Positions 45,001-54,473 of a DNA stretch of 64,000 nt are shown here, one piece after another. Positions within the stretch are counted from its first letter, which is position 1. Every line of letters begins with the position of its first letter. The DNA lies in sequence record PP582757.1; one strand, written 5' to 3'. The DNA comes from Klebsiella phage vB_KM5a1-KLB31. The position numbers and the translations under genes are program-made. A model generated the notes under the pieces. That model worked only from the letters and a program-made list of their open reading frames with translations, was not told the origin of the DNA and searched no databases.

Positions 45001-45237
45001 TTATTCAGTATATCTCTTAAACTGTAAAGCAAAATCTTCATCAACTTTAGTTAAGAAGTGTCCTGCCTTAAATCGTTTAGAGCTACCTTCGACTTCTACA
45101 CCATATCCGTTCTTACCAAGGACTCGACCAACTCGCATTTCGCCAGGGTCACCCATTGAATTACAACGAACACCGTACAGAACAAAATCATTTTCGAATA
45201 CCGGAGCATTTTTCCGGTCAGTAATTAATTCTATCAT
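45001..45237 (-). CDS. Hypothetical protein
   Basis: 78 aa. Confidence 0.4.
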   Translation of the reverse strand: MIELITDRKNAPVFENDFVLYGVRCNSMGDPGEMRVGRVLGKNGYGVEVEGSSKRFKAGHFLTKVDEDFALQFKRYTE

Positions 45238-45244
45238 ATTAACC

Positions 45245-45700
45245 TTAAAGCATATTACGTTTTAAGTTTTCACGAACTCGATAAAGGTTTGAACAGAATT
45301 CCTGTTCAGTCAAAACAGTTTCGTTCTTTTTCGACTTACCCATCGAGTGAGTTAATGTAGCGTTCTGCGTAGCCAGGAGCGCTCTCTGGAACCCTTCATT
45401 CAAGGCTAATTGATTATATGCTCGTTCGATAAGAAGACTGTAGGCGTCACTCTGGCGTTGCATAGGCACACCTTTCCAGTATAATGTCTGGAGTCGCCAC
45501 CAATTCTTTTTCTTACCTTTGAACTTAGCTTTCTTACCAACTAGAGTACAAACATGTTCCTGCATTTCTACTGAAGAAAATTTCAGTGATTGCAAAAAGC
45601 CTTCCATCGAAGCACATTGTACACCATCAATTTCAAAAGCATGAGGTGCAAAGTTACTTAGTGAAGAAGCAGGATATCCTGCGCCTGAACCGATATCCAT
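45245..45700 (-). CDS. Hypothetical protein (N-terminal D-I-G-S-G-A-G motif)
   Basis: 151 aa; MDIGSGAGYPASSL resembles a SAM-binding glycine loop, but the protein is too short for a full methyltransferase. Confidence 0.45.
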   Translation of the reverse strand: MDIGSGAGYPASSLSNFAPHAFEIDGVQCASMEGFLQSLKFSSVEMQEHVCTLVGKKAKFKGKKKNWWRLQTLYWKGVPMQRQSDAYSLLIERAYNQLALNEGFQRALLATQNATLTHSMGKSKKNETVLTEQEFCSNLYRVRENLKRNML

Positions 45701-45924
45701 TAATCACCCCATTGCATAATCATTGCGATATCATCAATATCTGTCACGATGTTTTCAATTTCATTGATAAAATTAGACAGATATGGAACCACATTAGGAG
45801 TATAAAGCCAATTGGCACATTGAATGCATTGATTGCCTACTTTATCCTGAAATATTACAGCTTCGGAATGGCTTCCACCTTTCCATCGTATTAAAGCAAA
45901 CCCTAATGGATATTTCTGACGCAT
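45700..45924 (-). CDS. Hypothetical protein
   Basis: 74 aa. Confidence 0.35.
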   Translation of the reverse strand: MRQKYPLGFALIRWKGGSHSEAVIFQDKVGNQCIQCANWLYTPNVVPYLSNFINEIENIVTDIDDIAMIMQWGD

Positions 45925-45944
45925 TATATTTTCCTCAGTTGTTT

Positions 45945-46100
45945 GTTCACAGCGGGGTGGATTCGAACCACCAATATTAAGTCACTCATGCTCCAAGCAT
46001 GCTAGGGCACTTACCCCGGACGGAATCGAACCGCATCTACAATACCTATCGCCATGTCTGGTGGCCCTTCTGGGAGTCTAACCCAGCTTACACCGATTAT
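45945..46100 (-). ncRNA. Two tRNA-like elements with canonical T-arms (GGTGG-TTCGAAT-CCACC; GCGG-TTCGATT-CCGT) but non-canonical remainder
   Basis: The T-loop and T-stem consensus is perfect, but I could not form 7-bp acceptor stems. They may be degenerate tRNAs or small stable RNAs. Confidence 0.3.
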
Positions 46101-46145
46101 GAGTCGGGTACTTTCACACGAAAGTATAAAGGGCCTGAATAAACT

Positions 46146-46234
46146 TGGTACGGGTGACGAGATTCGAACTCGTAAGAGCTTAAGCCCTATGGCATTTTAA
46201 GTGCCATGCGTACTGCCAATACCGCCACACCCGC
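46146..46234 (-). tRNA. tRNA-Leu (anticodon UAA), class II with a long variable arm
   Basis: GCGGGTG-TG-GCG-GTATTGGCAGTA-CGC-A-TGGCA-CTTAAAA-TGCCA-TAGGGCTTAAGCTCTT-ACGAG-TTCGAAT-CTCGT-CACCCGT-A-CCA; 89 nt. Confidence 0.8.
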
Positions 46235-46441
46235 TTTTCTATTTCGAAAGCTCTCACAGGACCGCAGCTTCATGGCCACGTATCTCTAACGTTTGTCTCG
46301 ACTTCACAGATCGCGTATTCCATTTGTCGTCTAGAGAACTTTCTGAATAGAGGCCTCAAATTTTTAGAGAGGGTATAGGATTAGCTTAGCTATCCTTGAG
46401 GCCAGATTGGAGTCATAACTCCAGGTAGTAATAATACTACA

Positions 46442-46744
46442 TTAACATAAAAGCATATTAATGTAAGTGTGTTGAATTCGTTTCAATTTCAACTTATTTT
46501 CAAAGATGTCATATTCACGAACCTGCTTACCATCTTCAGAAATAAAGAAGGAAAGGTTCACACTATTGAATTCCCAACGAATGTCTTTAAGATGCACATC
46601 CGTGGAGCTACGACCAATATCAACACGTTCAACTTCATATAAGTATTCAGAGCCGTTCTGCTCAATATGACGTTTTGAAGCTTCTTGGTCAGGCAGATAA
46701 CCATTTTCAGGCTTAGTAATCTGAGCAAATAATTTAATCATCAA
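46442..46744 (-). CDS. Hypothetical protein
   Basis: 100 aa. Confidence 0.45.
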   Translation of the reverse strand: MMIKLFAQITKPENGYLPDQEASKRHIEQNGSEYLYEVERVDIGRSSTDVHLKDIRWEFNSVNLSFFISEDGKQVREYDIFENKLKLKRIQHTYINMLLC

Positions 46745-47142
46745 TAGTAACCTTTATCAACAATAACATGAGTATTGGCATTAACAATCTGCCACCAATC
46801 AAACTTACCGGAACCGTAGCGAGATTTATTACGATTTGATTCAATTACTTCACGTAATTCATCTTCGGTTGCTGCTTTATGTTTCAGGTCTTCATACCCA
46901 CCAGAAGGATAATAGTTATCACCGGCAAATAAAAGGAAATTAACCTGTTTAGATTTGTGCATTTCAAGGTCGATTACATTGCCATCAGGCCCTACGATAT
47001 CGACATAACTGTAAGGCGTATTTTGAGCAATGTCCACCGCTTCAAGCAGAGAATCAACACTTGTGCCTATTTGGCAATCCCATTTTGCAGAAGGATTTGC
47101 CGATGTATCACCATAAATTTTATAGCTCATCGCAGGCCCCAC
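46741..47142 (-). CDS. Hypothetical protein with a YYP-x-GG-x-x-DL motif (paralog of the next ORF)
   Basis: 133 aa; contains FAGDNYYPSGGYEDLKHKAATEDELREVIE. Confidence 0.45.
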   Translation of the reverse strand: MGPAMSYKIYGDTSANPSAKWDCQIGTSVDSLLEAVDIAQNTPYSYVDIVGPDGNVIDLEMHKSKQVNFLLFAGDNYYPSGGYEDLKHKAATEDELREVIESNRNKSRYGSGKFDWWQIVNANTHVIVDKGYY

Positions 47143-47356
47143 TATAAATTGTCGTGAATGATGAATCCATTACTTCGTAACGGTCGTAACAATCAGATGC
47201 GCCATTTTCTCTGGCGTACTCTAAAGCTTGTTCAGGCGAGCCAAAAGTATCGATAAGGTCTCGAGACCCACCATTAGGATAGTAACGAGACCACATGAAT
47301 AATGCGTACATATTTTCCTCACTTTGCGATATGGTGCATAACACCTGCAATGCCAC
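47120..47356 (-). CDS. Hypothetical protein with a YYP-x-GG-x-x-DL motif (paralog)
   Basis: 78 aa; contains MWSRYYPNGGSRDLIDTFGSPEQALEYARE. Confidence 0.45.
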   Translation of the reverse strand: MALQVLCTISQSEENMYALFMWSRYYPNGGSRDLIDTFGSPEQALEYARENGASDCYDRYEVMDSSFTTIYSGACDEL

Positions 47357-47510
47357 CGACTACAGCACAAACTGCCAGAGAAACCATGTTCTCAGTAGTT
47401 GTCAGCAGACCGGTCATGAATCCAGCAAACATGCTGAAAGAGAAAGCGGTTACTGCTACTAAGGCTGCTACATTACGGATTGCTTCTGCACGTTTCATTT
47501 TATTCTCCAA
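47319..47510 (-). CDS. Small membrane protein
   Basis: 63 aa with two hydrophobic helices. Confidence 0.4.
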   Translation of the reverse strand: MENKMKRAEAIRNVAALVAVTAFSFSMFAGFMTGLLTTTENMVSLAVCAVVGGIAGVMHHIAK

Positions 47511-47582
47511 GTGTTTTTCGTTTTGATGTGTCTATAGTATCACGTTCCCTGGAGAAGTAAACACCTTTCTTTAAATGCCAAA

Positions 47583-47602
47583 AAGGAGCCCGTAGGCTCC
47601 TT
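47583..47602 (-). terminator. Hairpin with a UACG (UNCG) tetraloop on the minus RNA
   Basis: AAGGAGCCCGTAGGCTCCTT is a perfect inverted repeat. Confidence 0.55.
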
Positions 47603-47603
47603 A

Positions 47604-48617
<1,014 letters not shown>

Positions 48618-48618
<1 letters not shown>

Positions 48619-49322
48619 TATAATACCTTTTTAAGTTTTTCAAATAATTCTTCAACAGTACCATTATTTTCGATAACGATATCAGTTGGGCCAATTGGAA
48701 GTCCAGCTTCCGTAATATGTAAATCTTCTGAATCGACAGCATCAGGACGAACCACATGAATAATAGTGGCACCCATCGCTCTGAGTGTTTCGATTTCGTG
48801 AACTTGTCTTACATCTGGTACAACGAAGTAATCATAGTCAGAATACATATTATCAAAATACGTATCTGCAAATAACTTCATCCAAAACATGCGATCGAGC
48901 TCATCAACAACAATATCAGTCCCAAGGGTCTGCATGAAACGTCGAATGGTCCATGGCTCTCTGTTATTTAGTGTAAGTTTTTCAACAACATCTTGAACTT
49001 TATACCCGCCATCAGTGCCGAACGTATCAAGTCGATATTGGCGAGATAAAATCATTAATGATTCGTTGAACAAATCTGCAGCGTCACGGTTATTCATTGC
49101 AAATGGACGTTCACGGTCCCATTCACCATTACCTTCCCAATCATCAAAATTCAAATTAGGTTGTGATTGTGTATTACCGAAACGAATATTATATGCACGA
49201 TGCAAAGTTTCTTTAATAGGCTGTGCAAGTTGATACTTCATTGAATTCAATTCGTTGGCAACAAAATTAGCGCAGGTATCTTTACCACTGCGCTTTTTGC
49301 CTACAATACAAACAAGTTTCAT
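48618..49322 (-). CDS. 1: Deoxynucleoside monophosphate kinase gp1
   Basis: MKLVCIVGKKRSGKDTCANFV...QTLGTDIVVDELDRMFWMKLFAD...IHVVRP is closely similar to T4 gp1. Confidence 0.92.
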
Positions 49323-49324
49323 AG

Positions 49325-49912
49325 TTATCTCATTGAAGGATGCATAGACATACGGCTCTCAACTTTACCTTGAGCGGCAGAGTCAATCTGTGGCCGACCT
49401 TGTACTATTATACCATCTATCTCTACCGCAAAAGACTTATAGCCGAACGAGACTGTACAAGGGACAGCCGGGTCTGAATCTTCACGATAGTTGAATTCAA
49501 CTTCTGACATGTTTGTAGGAAATGCACCGTAATAATGTATAGAGACAACGATTTTTGTTTTGGTGTTATCCAAGATATGGATGGTCACCGCTTCTGGACG
49601 TCCCTTTGGATGCCAGGCTTTGCTCTCGTGTGTCACGTAGTTGTTTATTGATAACATCCATTTATAGATTTCGAGCCAACCATTGAGCTCTCTGTCCACC
49701 AGGAATGTTACTATCATCGGGTCAAATTCTATCGTACTTGCCGGAGTCATCCCTCGAGAAATACCTTGCGTGCCGCCAGGGTTATCACTAATTGGAATAG
49801 TAATCCCAGGAAGATTGACCGATTGACAGTTCAACTTGAACGTTTCGGTGAGGCCTGCATCAGAGACCTCTAATATAAAGTTAGTTACGTTTGTCTGGTT
49901 ATAAAGACTCAT
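49325..49912 (-). CDS. 3: Tail completion / sheath stabiliser protein gp3 (start uncertain)
   Basis: Position between 1 and 2. The track ORF is 234 aa, but the T4-sized product begins at the internal MSLYNQT. Confidence 0.6.
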   Translation of the reverse strand: MSLYNQTNVTNFILEVSDAGLTETFKLNCQSVNLPGITIPISDNPGGTQGISRGMTPASTIEFDPMIVTFLVDRELNGWLEIYKWMLSINNYVTHESKAWHPKGRPEAVTIHILDNTKTKIVVSIHYYGAFPTNMSEVEFNYREDSDPAVPCTVSFGYKSFAVEIDGIIVQGRPQIDSAAQGKVESRMSMHPSMR

Positions 49913-49994
49913 AGTCCACCTTATTCGCTTAAATCCCAGCCAGTGTATAATGGTGTTAGGTCTGTTCCATTCAATAACTGGCTGGGTTAATAGA

Positions 49995-50837
49995 TTATTT
50001 CTTAGAGTTAGCCCATACTTTCTGAGCACTGAAACGCTTACCTTTAGACATGAATTGCTGCAATGGCATCATGACAACGTTAGCCCAATCTTGAGGTTTG
50101 ATTTCAATCAAGGTCCCCTTGATATTAGCCGGGATATACGCTTTTATCATTTGGTCAGCACCTTGGAATCCTTTCACTTTACTCCAATCAATTTTTAATT
50201 TAGTGCTGTTAGTAATTGTTGGTGTGCTTGCATATTGCTTCAAAAGTTCTTCAAGAAATTGTTGACGAGCTTTAGGTGGAATATAGTGTAAGTTCAACCC
50301 ATACATTAAATTATGCTTACCTAAACCAAGATAAATGATAAGTGGATATTTGTCCCAATATGGTAAAGTTTCTTTATGTTTAGCATCATAGATATATGCA
50401 TAAAGTTTACCTGGTGACGGTTTGGCTACTTTATGACCTCTTACACCTTGTTTGATGCTATCAGTGAACCATTTTGCTGATTTGTTATTAACAGCTGCGC
50501 CTTCGTTAGCAATCTTATCTCTAATGCTTTTACGGAAGCTGTTAATCATTATCAATTGACGTTCTGCTTTAGTTAATTTATGTCCTGGTTTCTTTTCAAG
50601 TTTACTTACTTGAACAGCAGTCTTTATTCTTGACTGATAACGAGACATAGCCTTAGTAAATGAAGCATAATTTAGCCCTCGCTCATCGGCAAAAGCTTTA
50701 CCTGTCATGCCTTTGGCTTTCGCGTTAGCGAATTCAACACCTATAGCAATCCATTGTTGTTCATTTTTTGTAGGTCGAGCACCGGATGATTTAGATTCGG
50801 CCTCTGTGATGAATTGAAATATACTCATCCTTTCCAC
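49995..50837 (-). CDS. 2: DNA end protector gp2
   Basis: A basic 280 aa protein in the T4 gene-2 position, with T4-like size. Confidence 0.7.
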   Translation of the reverse strand: MERMSIFQFITEAESKSSGARPTKNEQQWIAIGVEFANAKAKGMTGKAFADERGLNYASFTKAMSRYQSRIKTAVQVSKLEKKPGHKLTKAERQLIMINSFRKSIRDKIANEGAAVNNKSAKWFTDSIKQGVRGHKVAKPSPGKLYAYIYDAKHKETLPYWDKYPLIIYLGLGKHNLMYGLNLHYIPPKARQQFLEELLKQYASTPTITNSTKLKIDWSKVKGFQGADQMIKAYIPANIKGTLIEIKPQDWANVVMMPLQQFMSKGKRFSAQKVWANSKK

Positions 50838-51274
50838 CCTAGTTTCTTCAAACTGTTTTCGGTGATTAATCGGAAATGAATACCCATCTTATCAGCAGTC
50901 TTCTGAGCTGCGGTCCATTTATCTTTATTCACAGACCATGTGTAGTATTCATTCATAAATCGTTTTTTAGAAGCTGCCGTCATATTGGCAGGCTGTTTTG
51001 GTGGCTGAGTTTCTTTGGCTGGCTTAACTTCAAAGAAGAATTGTTTGCCGTCATCGAACTTAGCCCAGAAATCCATATAGTACCGACGTTTCTTTCCATC
51101 AGCATTGCTAAAGTAAGGAATAACTACTTCTTCAGAGTTCCATTGGACCACATTCTTATGGTTGTCCAACCACCTCATAAAATACTGCTCCCAAGAAGAA
51201 CGATAAGTGATTTTCTTCCAGTCGCCTTTATATTTTTCTTTATTGACAGGCACGAATTTGCCGGAGTAAGCCAT
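50825..51274 (-). CDS. 4: Head completion protein gp4
   Basis: [70 protein letters not shown]... is about 75% identical to T4 gp4. Confidence 0.93.
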   Translation of the reverse strand: MAYSGKFVPVNKEKYKGDWKKITYRSSWEQYFMRWLDNHKNVVQWNSEEVVIPYFSNADGKKRRYYMDFWAKFDDGKQFFFEVKPAKETQPPKQPANMTAASKKRFMNEYYTWSVNKDKWTAAQKTADKMGIHFRLITENSLKKLGWKG

Positions 51275-51286
51275 CTTACGCCTCCT

Positions 51287-51294
51287 TATAAATA
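51287..51294 (+). promoter_or_regulatory. Late promoter TATAAATA for the 53-5-... baseplate operon
   Basis: An exact octamer lies 31 nt upstream of the gp53 ATG (RBS GGAGG). Confidence 0.7.
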
Positions 51295-51304
51295 TTCATA
51301 TACT

Positions 51305-51312
51305 TATTTATA
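51305..51312 (-). promoter_or_regulatory. Late promoter TATAAATA (minus strand) for the 4-2-3 operon
   Basis: The reverse complement of TATTTATA lies ~30 nt upstream of the gp4 ATG. It is arranged back-to-back and crossing with the plus-strand late promoter. Confidence 0.65.
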
Positions 51313-51324
51313 AATGGAGGCTTT

Positions 51325-51927
51325 ATGCTATTCAGTTTTTTCGACCCAATTGATTATGAAGCCAAGACTATAGTTAAGAACTCGCCTTCATTACCAAAGT
51401 CTTTAGCTAATCCTACACCGATGACGGACATATTCCGTAATTATCGGGCTTATTTTGATAAAGTGGCCAAACGTTATACACTAAAAACTTATTATATAAC
51501 CGGAGCGCCACGCCCAGAAGAACTTTCATATCAGCTCTATGGAAACACTCAGTTGTATTGGGTTCTCTTGATGTGCAACAACGTCTATGACCCTTATTGG
51601 GGTTGGATTACCAATCAAGAAGCTGCATACCAAGGAGCAATGCAAAAATACGCTGATGTTGGCGGTAATAAAACCATCTACCATGTTAATGAAAAAGGCG
51701 AGAAATTCTGGAACTTGATTTCATATCCAGAAGCACCGACAACCTGGTATGATAAAGGCGACCGTTTAAAACGTTATCCACAATATCAAGGCGCATTGGC
51801 TGCTGTAGATACTTATGAAGATGCAATCAAACGAAATGAATATAAGCGTGAAATAAAAATTATCGACCCATATGATATTGAATCATTTATTTCAACCTTA
51901 GTTCGTGAAATGGAAAAAGCCGTATGA
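51325..51927 (+). CDS. 53: Baseplate wedge protein gp53
   Basis: MLFSFFDPIDYEAKTIVKN...PMTDIFRNYRAYFDK...YQGALAAVDTYEDA is collinear with T4 gp53. Confidence 0.92.
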   Translation: MLFSFFDPIDYEAKTIVKNSPSLPKSLANPTPMTDIFRNYRAYFDKVAKRYTLKTYYITGAPRPEELSYQLYGNTQLYWVLLMCNNVYDPYWGWITNQEAAYQGAMQKYADVGGNKTIYHVNEKGEKFWNLISYPEAPTTWYDKGDRLKRYPQYQGALAAVDTYEDAIKRNEYKREIKIIDPYDIESFISTLVREMEKAV

Positions 51928-53663
51928 TTAATGTAAGCGATTCTGTAAGTTGGTTCGTCGGTGTTGTAGAAGATCGAATGGACCCAATGGAACAAGGTCG
52001 TGTACGCGTACGTGTGTGGGGTCTTCACCCTTATGAGAAAACTCAAGGCCCTGTAAAAGGGATAAAAACTGAAGACCTTCCATGGATGTCCGTATTACAA
52101 CCTACAAGTTCAGCATCTGTTTCTGGTGTTCAACAGGCAATTACCGGTATGGTTCCGGGTACGCACGTGTATGGTCATTTTTTAGATAAGTGGAAATTGA
52201 ATGGCCTTGTAATAGGAACATACACAAGTAACAGTAATGTAAAACCAAATAAAAATGAAGGCTTCTCTGACCCAACAGGTCAATATCCTCTTTATGTTGG
52301 TTCTGATACAAACCCATTAATTCGTGGTGGTGCTACCGGTGATAGTTCGACCACTAACGTAATCCAAGATGCTAACCTTGATGTCGGTATTAACCCTGAC
52401 GATACCGACCTAGCTGATATCCCAGAGGATAATAATCCTCGTTATGATATCGAAACAATGCTTCGTCGTGATGAAGGCCTTCGACTTAAAATATTTTGGG
52501 ATGTAAAAGGGTACACCGTAGGTATAGGCCACTTTATTGGTGAATTTAGAAAAGGTGATATGGATGGTGCTAATGCTGCCTTATCAAAACAGATAGGCCG
52601 TGAAGTAACAGGGAATCCAGGTTCTATTTCAATGGATGAAGCTTCAAAGTTATTTGAAGAAGATGTTTCTGAAGTTCAAAGAGACATGAGAACTAATACG
52701 ACTGTAGCACCTGTTTATGCTAAAATGAATAAATCCCGTCAAATGGCCCTTGAAAATATGGCCTTCCAAATGGGTATTGGCGGCTTAGCTAAATTTACTA
52801 ATATGCTTGCTGCGATGTTTATTGGTGATTGGAAAACTGCTTATAATGAGGCACGTGATTCTACTTGGTATAACCAAACTAAAGGTCGTGCATCTAGGGT
52901 ATCAATGATTATCCTTACTGGTAATATGGAATCTTATGGCATTCCAGTTAACCCAGACCAAGGTAATGGTCGTATGGCACGGGCTATGTTAATGGCTGCT
53001 CCAGCCGCAGCAGGCGATGACCCGAGTGACCCATGGACCCCGGAAGATTCAAGAATTCTTTTTAGAGAACCTGAAAGCAGTTATCAAGGCGCTTATCCTT
53101 ATGTCCAAACAATGGCCACTGAAGGTGGACATATAGAAGAATTCGATAATACGCCTGGTCAGGAACGTTATCGTTTGGTGCATCCAACAGGAAGCTATGA
53201 AGAAGTAGCGCCTGACGGTCGCAGGACGATTAAAACTGTTGCAGACGATTATTATATGGTTCAAGGCGATAGTTCCTTGATGGCGTCTGGTGATCGCAAG
53301 GTTAACGTCGGTGGTGATGAAGTTTATTATAATATGGGCTCACGCCGTAGACAAACCGATGGTTCTGAATCAATCTTTATACGAGGCGATGAAACGAAAA
53401 CTATTGAAGGCAATGGTACATTATACGTTAAAGGTAATGTGACTATTGTTGTTGATGGGAATGCTGATATAACTGTTAAAGGCGATGCAACGACATTAGT
53501 CGAAGGCAACCAAACTAATACCGTAAATGGTAATTTGTCTTGGAAAGTAGCTGGTACAGTTGATTGGGATGTAGGTGGTAATTGGACAGAGAAAATGGCT
53601 GCCATGACTTCTACAGCATCCGGACAGTATACTATCGATGGTTCTCGTATCGATATTGGCTAA
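51924..53663 (+). CDS. 5: Baseplate hub + tail lysozyme gp5
   Basis: An N-terminal OB domain, a central T4-lysozyme-like domain (DEGLRLKIFWDVKGYTVGIGHFIG) and a C-terminal beta-helix with VxGxxxxx repeats; 579 aa. Confidence 0.95.
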   Translation: MINVSDSVSWFVGVVEDRMDPMEQGRVRVRVWGLHPYEKTQGPVKGIKTEDLPWMSVLQPTSSASVSGVQQAITGMVPGTHVYGHFLDKWKLNGLVIGTYTSNSNVKPNKNEGFSDPTGQYPLYVGSDTNPLIRGGATGDSSTTNVIQDANLDVGINPDDTDLADIPEDNNPRYDIETMLRRDEGLRLKIFWDVKGYTVGIGHFIGEFRKGDMDGANAALSKQIGREVTGNPGSISMDEASKLFEEDVSEVQRDMRTNTTVAPVYAKMNKSRQMALENMAFQMGIGGLAKFTNMLAAMFIGDWKTAYNEARDSTWYNQTKGRASRVSMIILTGNMESYGIPVNPDQGNGRMARAMLMAAPAAAGDDPSDPWTPEDSRILFREPESSYQGAYPYVQTMATEGGHIEEFDNTPGQERYRLVHPTGSYEEVAPDGRRTIKTVADDYYMVQGDSSLMASGDRKVNVGGDEVYYNMGSRRRQTDGSESIFIRGDETKTIEGNGTLYVKGNVTIVVDGNADITVKGDATTLVEGNQTNTVNGNLSWKVAGTVDWDVGGNWTEKMAAMTSTASGQYTIDGSRIDIG

Positions 53664-54172
53664 TGGCACAAATAACACCTATTAACACCACCCTCGAAGA
53701 AAAAGTAGAGGGTGAGTCTGAAGATATTACTTTCGGATATATTTTATTAGCCGATGAGACATTCAAGTCAATAAATATAATTGATTATCAGCCTACACCA
53801 GGCATGAATGTTTCTGGGGCTAGGCTTTATGGTACATATCAAAGTGTGTTCTCATTTTCCGGTGATGCTTTAAAGTATCGTCAAGGCGATGAAATAAAAT
53901 CGGCTTCAGCTTGGGAACAACTCCCTCCTCCATCTGAAGCCGATTTGTTTTTATGGAAAGCCCCTGCATCGCTAGAGAGGACATTTACTTATACAGTTGA
54001 GTTAATCTATATGTGGCAGCCTCCTGAGGTCCCTCCCGCCACAGAGGGTGGTTCTGCGGTTGTTCCAGAACCAGTCGAAAAGAAAATTCAACAGGTTTAT
54101 TCCCAACGAGTAGTTGGTAATTGGAGTAAATGGGCTACTCAATTAAGAAATTACGTTTATGCGGGTACATAA
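53663..54172 (+). CDS. 5.1: Baseplate-associated protein gp5.1
   Basis: Starts at [10 protein letters not shown] in a TAATG overlap with the gp5 stop; 169 aa. Confidence 0.7.
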   Translation: MAQITPINTTLEEKVEGESEDITFGYILLADETFKSINIIDYQPTPGMNVSGARLYGTYQSVFSFSGDALKYRQGDEIKSASAWEQLPPPSEADLFLWKAPASLERTFTYTVELIYMWQPPEVPPATEGGSAVVPEPVEKKIQQVYSQRVVGNWSKWATQLRNYVYAGT

Positions 54173-54465
54173 TGGCCGGATTAAGTTTTGATAAATGCGT
54201 TACGGCTGGGCATAGTTCATATCCACCTACTCAAATTAACGCAACCCAAGGTAAAGTATTCACAGGTGGAATTGCCGTATTAGTTGATGGCGATCAGATT
54301 ACACCTCATACAAAAACATCAAAGCCATATGATACACATGGCGGTTCAGTCCAACCAAGAACAAGCAAAGTATACGTAACTGGAAAGAAAGCCGTTCAAA
54401 TGGCAGACCCTATTTCATGTGGAGATACGGTTGCTCAATCTTCTTCTAAAGTCTTTATTCACTAG
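54172..54465 (+). CDS. 5.4: PAAR-repeat spike-tip protein gp5.4
   Basis: [15 protein letters not shown]...[16 protein letters not shown]... is 97 aa with the PAAR-type fold signature. It begins with a TAATG overlap. Confidence 0.85.
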   Translation: MAGLSFDKCVTAGHSSYPPTQINATQGKVFTGGIAVLVDGDQITPHTKTSKPYDTHGGSVQPRTSKVYVTGKKAVQMADPISCGDTVAQSSSKVFIH

Positions 54466-54473
54466 GAATTAAA

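Noticed and set aside
45945-46100. Two additional canonical tRNAs at the T-loops near 45950 and 46020
   Set aside because: The T-arms are perfect (GGTGG-TTCGAAT-CCACC and GCGG-TTCGATT-CCGT), but no 7-bp acceptor stem or standard D and anticodon arms could be assembled by hand. They are reported only as tRNA-like elements.
46345-46395. Long hairpin GGCCTCAA...TTGAGGCC (36-nt loop) as a terminator of the 46442-46744 gene
   Set aside because: No U-tract follows it on the minus transcript, so its function is unclear. It is mentioned only as structure within the 200-bp ORF-free leader of the tRNA region.
52440-52900. A separate lysozyme gene inside 51924-53663
   Set aside because: The T4-lysozyme-like block is the internal domain of gp5, the hub and tail lysozyme, as it is in T4. 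It is not an independent gene.
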